Shown here: piece after piece, positions 18,230-28,600 of the stretch
How positions within the stretch are numbered: the stretch's first letter is position 1
Layout of the letters: each line of letters begins with the position of its first letter
Origin: an uncultured cyanobacterium
Lineage (GTDB): Bacteria; Cyanobacteriota; Cyanobacteriia; PCC-9006; JAAUQQ01
Assembly: GCA_963718615.1 (NCBI GenBank)
Contig: OY970368.1
Span: forward strand, 4,702,524 to 4,766,523
Direction: 5' to 3'
Length of the DNA stretch: 64,000 nucleotides
Notes under the pieces: generated by a model
What the model was told of the DNA's origin: nothing
Databases searched by the model: none
The model's input: only the letters and a program-made list of their open reading frames with translations
Position numbers and translations under genes: made by a program

Positions 18230-20209
18230 ATGAATAAAATGCTTAGGACTCTCAGTCTTACGGGGTTGGTTTCGACGCCTAATTCTTCGACGGTTGCTGA
18301 CGCAAGTTTGGCTGAAGCGTTTGCGCCGCCGCAAACCCTGTTGGAAGCTCAGTCGCTCTGTAGCCTGATCCTCACCCCCGAGAGCCGTGAACTGCTTTTG
18401 GAGGCGCTCCGTCAAGCGGATCGTCTGCCCCGCCCCGGAGAAAAAGCTCAAGCATTAATTGATTTGGCTTGGACGTACAAGCGTTTTGAGATTCCTTCTG
18501 CTCGGCTTTTGCTGATCCGTGCTGAATTCCTGGGTCAGTCAGCTCCTGTACCAGAAAGGATTGTGTTGCTACAACAGTTGATAGAAGCCTATCACTGTTT
18601 TGATGAGACAGAGACCGAGGCGCAGCGGCTGATCGAGATGGCATTACCGCTGGTTCGCACCCTAGGAGATCGCCCCTCCGCCACAGATAACGCCATCTCT
18701 GGGATCGCCATGACCTATGCACAGGCAGGTGAAATGGATTGGGCTGAGGCGATCGCCCGCGAAATTCGCGATCCCGAGATTCGCCTCACGGCCACCCGTC
18801 TGCTTGCTGAAGCAACAGAATCTGAGTTTGAGTCCGACATCTCTCTTTCTGTAGACCACCACCCAACCGCTTGGAATGCCTCCTTAACCTGGATCAGTCC
18901 TGAAGAGGCTGACACCAAAGGGTTAATCGAACAAATCGAAGCGTTGGATGAGCGACTGGGCCAAGGGGAGACCCTAACCGCAGCGGAGATCAGTCCTCTG
19001 GTTCAAGCGTTGACCGCCCTGCCTGCTTCGATGGTGCAATATCTCTACGGCCAGGAGTTGGCAGTGCGACTGGCTCAAGCCCAGCTCTTTGAACTGGCTC
19101 AGCAGGTGATCCAATCCATCCCCGTGCCTGCGGAAGTGGAACCCTTGTGGGGAGCCGCAGAACAATATTCACAACCGTTTGCCCTGGCAAAACTTGCCGG
19201 ACGCTTAGCCTTAGAAGGTCATCTTGCCCAGGCCCTGCAACTGGTTGATACCCTACCCGACACCAACGCTAACAAGCGGGCGGAACAGGCGATCACCCGT
19301 ACGGCGATCGCCAATACCCTCTTGATTCAAAACGATCTTGAATCTGCCCAAATCTGTTTGGCGGAAGCGGTTCAGCTAGCCCAGGATCTGCCCGCGACCC
19401 TGGATCAAGCCTGGGTTTTGATGTCCATTGCCACGACCTATCGGCTAAAAGGGGACCAGGAATTGGGGCAGGAATTTATAGCTCGGGCGATCGCCCTCAA
19501 TCCCAATTTAGCCGTCTATGGGGAAACCTTTGAAGCAGGAGCAGCCATGCTTCAACCTACCCAGAGCCGTCCGCTAGAGATTGATGCCATTGCGGAATTT
19601 TGGCAAGCGGTGGATCAAGGGGCTGTAGACCGGGCAGCCCATCTTCTCGACATCCTGGACGATGCCGATGAGCAGATGGACCTGCTGCCAGTGCTTGCAG
19701 CGATCCAAGAACAAGCCGGTCAAATACTACAAGCCAGGGACGCCCTCCAGCAAGCCCTACAACTCGCCCAAGCAGAACGGTATCAACGCTCTGAAACCTT
19801 TGAACAGGACTCTGAATCAGCGGTATTTGCAGAACAAATTACCCAGATTCGCTATAACTTTATGAGCAGTGGCGGCAGTTTGTCTGTCCTCCAATGGGTC
19901 TTGCAACATAGTTTGAAGGACCAGGCTGATGCAGGGCTTCGCCAACAGCTTTGGGAAGAGGCGATCGCCACCCACTTGTATCGAGTAATCTACAGTGAGG
20001 CCGCAACGGTTGAGGAGTTACAAACGCTCATTCCATTTCTGGATCAGCTTTCAATTTCAACTCAACAAACCGAACTAACCCTGGGCCTGATTTCAGCCTT
20101 CACAAAACAAGAAGATCCTGCCACCGCCAGACAACTGACTGACCGATTGTCGCCCAGTCATCAAGTTAAAGCCCTCGCCGAAATGGCACAGGTCTATGGC
20201 AGAAATTAG
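18230..20209 (+). CDS. Hypothetical alpha-helical repeat (TPR/HEAT-like) protein
   Basis: 659 aa, rich in Ala/Leu/Gln/Glu with repeated helical hairpin-like segments. No catalytic motif seen. Confidence 0.45.
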   Translation: MNKMLRTLSLTGLVSTPNSSTVADASLAEAFAPPQTLLEAQSLCSLILTPESRELLLEALRQADRLPRPGEKAQALIDLAWTYKRFEIPSARLLLIRAEFLGQSAPVPERIVLLQQLIEAYHCFDETETEAQRLIEMALPLVRTLGDRPSATDNAISGIAMTYAQAGEMDWAEAIAREIRDPEIRLTATRLLAEATESEFESDISLSVDHHPTAWNASLTWISPEEADTKGLIEQIEALDERLGQGETLTAAEISPLVQALTALPASMVQYLYGQELAVRLAQAQLFELAQQVIQSIPVPAEVEPLWGAAEQYSQPFALAKLAGRLALEGHLAQALQLVDTLPDTNANKRAEQAITRTAIANTLLIQNDLESAQICLAEAVQLAQDLPATLDQAWVLMSIATTYRLKGDQELGQEFIARAIALNPNLAVYGETFEAGAAMLQPTQSRPLEIDAIAEFWQAVDQGAVDRAAHLLDILDDADEQMDLLPVLAAIQEQAGQILQARDALQQALQLAQAERYQRSETFEQDSESAVFAEQITQIRYNFMSSGGSLSVLQWVLQHSLKDQADAGLRQQLWEEAIATHLYRVIYSEAATVEELQTLIPFLDQLSISTQQTELTLGLISAFTKQEDPATARQLTDRLSPSHQVKALAEMAQVYGRN

Positions 20210-20225
20210 CATAGGTCGCATAGTC

Positions 20226-23200
20226 TTAGAGGGTAAAATGATTGGCATGAATCGTAAAGGCATTGACATTTAGCAGTATCGCAACTTGCTGCAAGCTGCC
20301 GCCCACCTCTGCCTGAATAATCGTATTTAATCCCAATTGTTGAGCCTGAATTATTGTTCCAAAAGTGGAATTGCCATGATAGATCGCATTGAGATCTAGG
20401 CGATCGAAGAGAATTTCAAAATCCAAAATCGTATCGCCATAGTCTTGTGTTGATTCGTAGAGGAAGCGATCGCTTCCCTGTCCACCCATCAAGATATCGC
20501 TACCCAATCCCCCAACTAATAAATCATCACCATTGCCTGCCTGCAGAATGTCATTACCACTGCCACCGTAGAGACTATCATTGCCGCTGTTGCCATTTAA
20601 AATATCATTGTCATTGCCGCCATCAATCCAGTCATCACCACTGCCCCCCGTAATCAGATCTTTGCCATCTTCCCCTAGAATGCGATCGTTTCCACTCCCC
20701 CCGTTAACCACATCATCTCCGGCTCCAGCCCGAATTTGATCAACTCCGCTTCCCCCATTGTTAATATCATCGCCATTGCCCCCAGCAATTTCGTCTGCTT
20801 CACTTCCTCCATTGATAATGTCGTTGCCATGACCACCATCAAGCAAATCGTTATCGCTCAGGCCACTGAGTATATCATTGCCCTCGGTTCCCGTAATGAC
20901 ATCAGCACCACCGCCTGTGGGGCCGGAAGGAGGTTGGGGAGGATTGGGCTCAATTTGAATCGTGACCGTTGCAATTTTGCCGTTCACCCAATAGGTCAGC
21001 GTATCGGTCCCTATGAAATTCGAATTAGGGATGTATTCAAGCTGATTATTTTGATTGATTGAAACGCTGCCATGGGTCGGCGCGAGTTGAATTGAAAGGG
21101 GGCCTTCTAAGGGATCATTGGCCAGAACATCAATGATTGTTTTGGGAGAATTGGCCTTAAGCTTTGCAGTGTCGTCTTGGGGAAAAGCATCGACTGTCAA
21201 AGTGCTAATAGCCGTATTACTATTAGCTGTTCCGTCATTGAGCTTTAGGGTAAAGATGCGATCGCCTAAGGTTGGTTTTGAGGCAGTGTTACTGTAGGTA
21301 AGCGATCGCAAGAGTTCATCTACATCGGCTTGTGATAAATCACCACCACCACTTTTGGTAATCGTGATCGTTGAGCCACTATCGATCATCGAAACAGAAA
21401 AGCTGGTAGAGCGATTGGGAACCGTTACGCTTTGACTACTGTTTGTATTCAGGGGCAACTCAAGGTTGCCAATCTTGAGGATTTCATGAGGACCATTTGC
21501 CAGGCCAGAGACCGCTATTGTGATGGTTTCAATATCATCGCCGCTGGGATCTGAGCCGGTCGCTCGAAGCGGGTCAGCGATCGTTGCCGCCGCTCCCCCC
21601 GCAACGAAGGTGCTGCTGTAGTCAACGCCAGACTGACCCTCGTTGCCATTTCCATTGAGGTCAAGGATAGGTGGCTCGTTGGCATCGGGAATGCCGTTGC
21701 CATTGCCATCCTTTTGAAACGTGACAGTGAAAGTTTTGATGCCGGATGATTTTGTATCAGTTTCTTGAGGGCTATTAAAGAGCTGATCTCCATCTAAATC
21801 TGTTTGATCCAGACTTATACCCTCTAGTTCTAAACTCAATAAACCGACAAATTCTGGAGGAGGAACCAGGATTAAGCCTGCCAAGTCTTCGGGGGTAAAG
21901 ATCCAAGTATTACTGCCTTGCTTACTGCCAATTGATGTTGAATCCTTGGTAAAGGTAAAGCCATCCGGCACATTGCGAATTGTATAGATTAGGGTTTCTG
22001 AACCATCTGTATCCGCAGGGGTACTGCCCGTGAGCGATAGGGCAATCGGCTGGTTTTGAATGCCTGTTGCGCTGATTGCTGTCACGCTGGGTATTTCGGC
22101 GATGGGTAGCACTGTGACTGTGACCGTAGCAGGCTTACCGTTAACGCTATAGGTGAGACTATCTACGCCACTAAAGTGAGGATTAGGTTGATATTCAATC
22201 TCGTTATTATTGTTGACGAGAGCCGTGCCTTGGGAAGGTTCGGATTGGATAGAAACAGAGCCATTGAGTGGATCGTTAACTAATACATTGATGACGGTAC
22301 TGCTTGCATTTTCTTGAACGGTAATCGTATCGTCTTGGGGAAACGCATCGACGGTGATGGTGCTAACAGCGAGGTTACTGTCGGCTGTTCCGTCGTTGAG
22401 TTTGATTAAAAATGTGCGATCGCCCAAGGTTGGCGTAGATGCCGTATTTTTATAGGAGAGCGATCGCAGAACCGCTTCAACTTCGGATTGGCTCAGATCG
22501 CCACTGCCATCTTTGGTTATTGTAACTTTCGTTCCATTGTCTGTAATCGCAATAGAAAAAGTTGTCCCGCTATTTGGTAGTACAAAACTTTGACTGGTGT
22601 CAGCATTGAGTGGAAACTCAAGATTAGCAATCTCGAAAACTTCATTGGCTCCATCGGTAAGGTTGGTGATGGCGATCGTAATTTTTTCAATATCGGGTTC
22701 GTTAAAATCGCTGCCTGTTGCGTTCGTTGGACTGGCGATCGCAATAGCGCTGCCGCCCGCAGTAAAGGTTGTAGAATACCCATCTCCAGAATTAGCTGAG
22801 CCATTTAAATCTAGAACTGGCGCAACGTTATCAACTCCATTAATCGTAATGGTAACGGTCGCATCATCGGTGCCACCTCTGCCATCGGATACGGTATAAA
22901 TAAAGCTATCTTTTGCGGTTTGACCACTGGTCAAACCATTAAACTTGCCATTGGGATCATAACTATAAGAACCATTCGCATTGACCGTGAGCAACGCTCC
23001 TGATGACAACGTTATTTGCTGGCCAACTGCCGTAATCTGACCATTGACGGCTGCAACCGTGAGGGGATCTCCGTCAGGATCAAAGTCGTTCGCTAAAATG
23101 CCTGCGGCATTGACATTGAGCACAACATTTTCATTGGTAAGGCCCGTATCTCCGCCCGTCGTGATTAAATTGGTAAAGTTAAATTGTCGATTGCCATCAA

Positions 23201-24362
23201 AGATAAAACCTGATTGCTGAAATTCAGCAGTCAATAGGATTTCAAAAGAAGTCTTATATTCATAGTTAATTTGAAGTGCAAACTCAGGATCATTATCGTT
23301 TCCAGGGTTTTGAGAATTGTTCGGATCGTTATTTGCTGTTGAGGTAAAAACCAATTGGCCGTTGGACGGAGAGAGGAGCAGTTTAGTGGGCGCATTTATA
23401 CCGTAGGTTGATACCTCGGACTGCGATACCGTGACAGAGCCAGAAAGACTACTATCTCTTTTGTCTAAATCTTTTATAGTAAAACTAGAAGAAATCGGAA
23501 CTGAAGTTGTTGTACCAGCCTCAAAAAATTCAAACTTTAGTTTGGCTGTGGTAACCCCAGAGATTGCTGAGTTCGAAAAGTTAAATTTGGCATCATCGCC
23601 AGCAACTGTAAAACTTGTTGTTCCCGTATCTGTTGTTTCGATCAGCGTCAGGCGAACATCTACGACGGTTCCATCTTTTGTAATACCGGCATTCTTGTAG
23701 AGGGCAACTGTTCCGGCTTTACCCATTTGACCATTGCCACCGGGATGACTCAGTGTGGGTGAGGAGAAGCTGAGATTAATCGCGTTAAATGTACTCGCAT
23801 TACTGGCATCTGGAGCGATCGGTCCTGTATTTGTGGGCAGGACATGGGGATAGGCAATAATTTCTTCTTTGACAAAAGCAAACTCTTCTAGGGGATTGCC
23901 CAGATGAGTGTCTAACGTCCAATTGCCTCCTAGCTCTCCAGAACCGATTAGCGTACTAGAAGCAGAAAGACTAGCTCCGGTTAACTGATGGAGTTTTTCT
24001 AGAAACTCTGCACCGGCGTCACCGACAGCCACTCGACAGCCATATATCGAAATTGAGCTGATGGACCAACTTTCTAATACTGCTTCGTAGAAAGCAAGCG
24101 TTTCCAAATTGAGCTGACTTTTGCCTAATAGGAGAGATCCGGGTGAGCCATGGGAAATAATATAGATATGGGGTTTTGACTCAGGCGATCGCGCCTTCAA
24201 AATCTCAGTGATTTGGAAAACACCATCGTCTTCACCCTTGAGAACATGAACCTCTATATTCGGTTTGATGGCATACAGCAGTAGCTCATACTGCTCTACT
24301 GTCGAATCAAGAAAAGCAATTGATGTTTGGATAGGCATGCTAGATAGACCTCGACAATACAC
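20226..24362 (-). CDS. Giant secreted repeat protein: N-terminal DUF4347, two tandem about 330-aa cadherin-like modules, C-terminal RTX repeats
   Basis: The N-terminus IAFLDSTVEQYELLLYAIKPNIEVHVL...IYIISHGSPGSLLLGKSQLNLETL...IYGCRVAVGDAGAEFLEKLHQLTGASLSAS matches DUF4347. Internal paralogous modules are PVLDLNGSANSGDGYSTTFTAGGSAIAIA... and PILDLNGNGNEGQSGVDYSSTFVAGGAAATIA.... The C-terminus has GGSGNDRILGEDGKDLITGGSGDDWIDGGNDNDIL nonapeptide repeats. Confidence 0.8.
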   Translation of the reverse strand: MYCRGLSSMPIQTSIAFLDSTVEQYELLLYAIKPNIEVHVLKGEDDGVFQITEILKARSPESKPHIYIISHGSPGSLLLGKSQLNLETLAFYEAVLESWSISSISIYGCRVAVGDAGAEFLEKLHQLTGASLSASSTLIGSGELGGNWTLDTHLGNPLEEFAFVKEEIIAYPHVLPTNTGPIAPDASNASTFNAINLSFSSPTLSHPGGNGQMGKAGTVALYKNAGITKDGTVVDVRLTLIETTDTGTTSFTVAGDDAKFNFSNSAISGVTTAKLKFEFFEAGTTTSVPISSSFTIKDLDKRDSSLSGSVTVSQSEVSTYGINAPTKLLLSPSNGQLVFTSTANNDPNNSQNPGNDNDPEFALQINYEYKTSFEILLTAEFQQSGFIFDGNRQFNFTNLITTGGDTGLTNENVVLNVNAAGILANDFDPDGDPLTVAAVNGQITAVGQQITLSSGALLTVNANGSYSYDPNGKFNGLTSGQTAKDSFIYTVSDGRGGTDDATVTITINGVDNVAPVLDLNGSANSGDGYSTTFTAGGSAIAIASPTNATGSDFNEPDIEKITIAITNLTDGANEVFEIANLEFPLNADTSQSFVLPNSGTTFSIAITDNGTKVTITKDGSGDLSQSEVEAVLRSLSYKNTASTPTLGDRTFLIKLNDGTADSNLAVSTITVDAFPQDDTITVQENASSTVINVLVNDPLNGSVSIQSEPSQGTALVNNNNEIEYQPNPHFSGVDSLTYSVNGKPATVTVTVLPIAEIPSVTAISATGIQNQPIALSLTGSTPADTDGSETLIYTIRNVPDGFTFTKDSTSIGSKQGSNTWIFTPEDLAGLILVPPPEFVGLLSLELEGISLDQTDLDGDQLFNSPQETDTKSSGIKTFTVTFQKDGNGNGIPDANEPPILDLNGNGNEGQSGVDYSSTFVAGGAAATIADPLRATGSDPSGDDIETITIAVSGLANGPHEILKIGNLELPLNTNSSQSVTVPNRSTSFSVSMIDSGSTITITKSGGGDLSQADVDELLRSLTYSNTASKPTLGDRIFTLKLNDGTANSNTAISTLTVDAFPQDDTAKLKANSPKTIIDVLANDPLEGPLSIQLAPTHGSVSINQNNQLEYIPNSNFIGTDTLTYWVNGKIATVTIQIEPNPPQPPSGPTGGGADVITGTEGNDILSGLSDNDLLDGGHGNDIINGGSEADEIAGGNGDDINNGGSGVDQIRAGAGDDVVNGGSGNDRILGEDGKDLITGGSGDDWIDGGNDNDILNGNSGNDSLYGGSGNDILQAGNGDDLLVGGLGSDILMGGQGSDRFLYESTQDYGDTILDFEILFDRLDLNAIYHGNSTFGTIIQAQQLGLNTIIQAEVGGSLQQVAILLNVNAFTIHANHFTL

Positions 24363-24776
24363 CCCAAACCGAATGCAGACCTAGAGGGGTGCATCATCCG
24401 CGAGGTCTGTAGGAAGCAACGGAGAATTACTGTAAAATTTCCGCTATCCAGCCTCAGTATTACCAATCTTCACTGGCGTCTTAACACGGAAAACACGTAT
24501 TTTCTAGCCTTTTTGATTTTCGTCATGGGTCTTCCTTCAACCTGTAATCCTTGGGAGACACTGCACTAAATAAAAGCAAATTGTGAATGATAAACGTATT
24601 TTCAAGGATGACGACAGACAATTGCTTTAAAGCCCTAGGATCGTCCTTTGGTAGATTCTATTGGACGATCGCAAAATCACCAGCCAAAGACTCAAGTTTT
24701 TCTGCAAGATTACAGAGTTATCACCATCGGTAAATACTGAAAACAAGACTAATATCACCACGAAAAAGATATCGAC

Positions 24777-25451
24777 TCAAATATGAATTTGGCTCAGAAT
24801 AAGCCGAAGGCGGTCATAATCATCTTTTAATAAAACCGTGAGCGATCGCCCCGCCTGTACCAACCACTCCCGATCAGCCTTACGTAGCTGATACACCTCT
24901 CGCATCGTCGCTGCCAACAGGCTGTCATTGGGAGCCCCTTGAACCTGTAAAAGGGTTCGCAAAAAATCTAGCTTCTCTGTAAAGGCGAGGACTTCATGGG
25001 GCGTACACCGATACACCGCCTGATGAACCTGGGGCGGACGGGGGGGTAAATATTGGTAAAAGTCTCTGGCCTGAAAGGGTGACGCAGCGCCTCGGGCCTC
25101 CTGGGTTGGAACGTGGAATCCAACGATAACCGCCCGAAACTCCGTCTGGAGCATCGCAAAGATCTGAGGCTGCTCTTCGCGCAAATCCGCCATGCTCATA
25201 CCCAGCGCCCGCGCCCGATGCACTGAATCGACGGGAGAAGTAGTTGCGTGATAAACTACTCCATAAACTTGATTGCCGGAGGCTTCATCGAGCGATCGCA
25301 CCCAGCTGCCAAAGGGCGGCATGACCGGAAAGCTCAGATCCTCCGGCTCCAAACATTGAGCCAAAAACTCGGTCGTTGAGGTTTCAACCACTTCGGCAAA
25401 ATGACTGGGGTCGCGATCGCGACCCGTAAACTGAGGTAACGGCAAGCGCAT
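24777..25451 (-). CDS. Conserved hypothetical protein (224 aa)
   Basis: Clean ORF at the distal end of the chemotaxis-like operon. No family recognised. Confidence 0.4.
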   Translation of the reverse strand: MRLPLPQFTGRDRDPSHFAEVVETSTTEFLAQCLEPEDLSFPVMPPFGSWVRSLDEASGNQVYGVVYHATTSPVDSVHRARALGMSMADLREEQPQIFAMLQTEFRAVIVGFHVPTQEARGAASPFQARDFYQYLPPRPPQVHQAVYRCTPHEVLAFTEKLDFLRTLLQVQGAPNDSLLAATMREVYQLRKADREWLVQAGRSLTVLLKDDYDRLRLILSQIHI

Positions 25452-25452
25452 C

Positions 25453-25635
25453 CTACTTCACCGCTTCCAACTCCGAGAGTCGGAACGTCACCAGCTTATC
25501 CCAGTTGCCCCCTTCAAACAGGACAGCCGCTTTGCCATCGCTGACGCGCTGGACATAGCCTTGAAAATTGTAGTAGGTGTCGTCAACATTGATGACGCGC
25601 ACCGCTTGGCCCGGAAGAATCATTAGGTACCTCAC
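25453..25635 (-). CDS. Small SH3-like protein, possibly NdhS-like (DUF3148)
   Basis: [60 protein letters not shown] resembles the cyanobacterial NdhS (Ssl0352-type) small protein. The identification is from memory. Confidence 0.4.
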   Translation of the reverse strand: MRYLMILPGQAVRVINVDDTYYNFQGYVQRVSDGKAAVLFEGGNWDKLVTFRLSELEAVK

Positions 25636-25681
25636 GCTGATCCAGCATAGAACTCCATGCTTTCTAGCTTAACGAGTTTGG

Positions 25682-28600
25682 TCACGATTCTTCCGCCTCT
25701 TTGCTGACGGTTAGGAGAACTTCTCCCTTCAGCAGGCGATCGGCAGCTTCCAATAGACTTTCTTCCAGGTAGGGCTTCGTGAAATACCCCCGAGCCCCAT
25801 ACTGGGCCGCGAGACGACGGTGGCGATCGGCTCCCCGCGAAGTCAGCATGGCAATGGGCAAGGTCTTGAGATATTCGTCCTTTTGCAGCCGTTCCAGCAA
25901 CTCCAGGCCTGTCATGCGCGGCATCTCAATGTCACAGAAGACCAAATTACAGGGCAAGCCCGAACGCAGTTTTTCCCAGGCTTCCTGGCCATCCCGTGCC
26001 TGCTCGACCCGATAGCCCGCCTTGGCAAAGCTCATGGAGAGCAGCTCTCGCACCGTAATCGAGTCATCCACGATCAGCACAAGCGGGTCGCTCGCCGGGG
26101 TTGCTGTTGGTTCTTCAAAGGCATCTTCCATTTCCCACAGGGATTGAGCTCCTTGACGAGTCCGTCCCTTTGCCAAGTCAATCAGCTCCAGAACATCCGC
26201 GATCGGCATCACCTGACCATCCGCCAAAACAGTTGCTCCAGCAATCCCTACTGGTTTAGGCACAGGACCTTCTAGCTGTTTAATGACAATATCGCGTTCA
26301 CCATCCACTCGGTCCACATGCACCGCCAGATACTCACCCGCACTGCGCAAAATCACAAGCGCCATCATGTCTTCGTCCAGCGTCCCCGCATAGACGGAAC
26401 TACGGCTGAGGGTGCGGTTATACTTGAGTAAATCGGAGAGCGCACGCACCGGCAGCATCATGTCGCGCCACTGAATACAGGCTTGTCCTTCTTCGTTGGA
26501 GAGCAACTGCTCCTTGGGAATATCGAACATGTCTTCGACCCCGTCGAGGGGGAAGGCAATTCGAGCCCGGTTGCTAATGCAGCTCAAGGCTTTGGTAATA
26601 CTCAGCGTCAGCGGCAACCGGATCGTAAAGGTCGTCCCTTCGCCAATGGTGGAGTCAATGATAACGGTCCCTCGCAGCTCCTGTAGGCGGGTCCGAACCA
26701 CATCCATACCCACTCCTCGTCCAGCAAAGGCATCCGCCTGATCTCGGGTGGAGAAGCCTGCATGGAAAAGAAAATCGTAAAGCTGGGAGACGCCTAGATT
26801 ATCCGCTTCTTCTGGACGGAGGAGTCCTTTTTCAATGGCCTTGCGCTTAATCACCTCCGGATCAATCCCTGCGCCATCATCCGAAATCGAAATCACCGTT
26901 TGGTTCCCCTGGTAGAACGCATGTAAACGAATTTGTCCTTCAGGGGATTTGCCGGAAAGAATGCGCTCCTCGGGCGTTTCAATGCCGTGAGTCACGGCGT
27001 TGTTGATCAGGTGGGTTAGGGGATCGTGAAGTTGCTCAACCAACATTTTGTCGACCAACGTTTCCCGCCCATCCACCAGCAAATTGGCTTCTTTACCGCA
27101 TTTCCGGGCAATGTCGCGGACTGCCCGAGGCAGGCGATCAGCGGTTTGTGAGAAGGGTACCATGCGAGCACGGTTGACCTGCTCTTGGAGTTGGGTGGTC
27201 GTTTGACGGAAGTTGCGAGCCACCTGATCTAAGGACTCGTTAATCAGAAAATCAATGTCATCTGTCGATTCCTTAATCCGAACAATCAGTTCAATAATGT
27301 CTTGAGAAAGGGTATGAAACGCGCTAAAACGGTCGAGTTCCAGATCGTCGAGCTCGTCAACCTGACTCCCGCTGCCCGAGCTGCCCGAATCTCCCGAACG
27401 GTTACTGCTGCTCTGTCCACCGCCGAGGAACGCGTTCAAAGGACTCGCCCCCATGACTTTCCGCCGACTGTTGAGCAGGGCGTTTTCGAGGAGCGATCGC
27501 TCATACTGATCTTGTAGCCGCTGGCCCACATCACTTAATTGCTGGGTATGGCCACCGAGCTTATCTAGGGCTTGGCGCAGACGGTCCTGATCGCCTTCGA
27601 GGGAGTTCCGGGTCACGACCATTTCCCCCACGAGGTTGCTGAGGGTATCGAGGGTCTTGATCGGTACCCGCATGCTCTGCTCAACCAGGCGCTGGGTGCG
27701 GGTGCGACTTTTAGACGGCATGGATACACCGACACCCGCTGAGGGAGAGGCTGTCTGCCCACCAATGGATTTGGCTTGCTGAAGCAGTTGCTCCATGTCG
27801 GCAAAGTCTGAATCTTCATCGGCGATCGCCAACGGCGTCGAGACTACGGGTGTGGCCACCTCACCCAGCAGACTATCAAGGTCATCAAAATCGCTGTCTG
27901 TCCCGACTTCGGCGGAAATATCATTGAGTAAGGAATCTAGATCGCCAAATCCATCGTCACGGGTCACCTCCGAACGGGTCACCTCCGATTGAGGGCCAAT
28001 CGCTTCAGGACCAGCCGCTTCAACCTCGACAATTTCAGGACTGGCTTCATCCTCCTGGGCTAAGTCCTCTTCAAAACCCAGGATAGAGTCCAATTCACTC
28101 AGGTCTGCGGCCTCAGCGGTCGGTGAACTGATAGGGGCGATCGCCTCTGCCAACACCATGGCATCTTCGGTTGCAGCCAATTGCGCCGCGTTTCCACTCT
28201 CCGCAAAGGTCAAGGTATCGTCAAAGGAAAGCGAATCATCGAAGGAAAGCGAATCATCAAGCGAGGAATCCAGTTCTGGAAATTCCGCCTCACCCATCTC
28301 TGCTTCTACTTCTACCTCTGCCTCTGCCTCTGCCTCTGGGGGGGCAGGTATAGAGTCGTCTGCGGTAGAGTCGTCTGGGATGTCTAATGCAGAGTCTAAG
28401 GAACCAAAGAGATCGGCGATCGCATCCTCGGACTCTAGCTCAGCAAACAAAGAATCCGCTGCTCCCTCATCCAAACTAGTGCTCGCAGAACTTAGCTCCA
28501 CTTCAGGTTCTGCCTCAGAAGTCGGCTCAGATTCCGCTTCAAGGGAATCGAACAAATCCTCCAAATCTGCCAGCGCAGTATCGGCAGAATTCTCTGCTGA

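Noticed and set aside
18038-18451. 137-aa minus-strand ORF overlapping the start of the 659-aa gene
   Set aside because: It is an Arg-rich antisense frame overlapping the upstream region and N-terminus of a longer, better-supported ORF.
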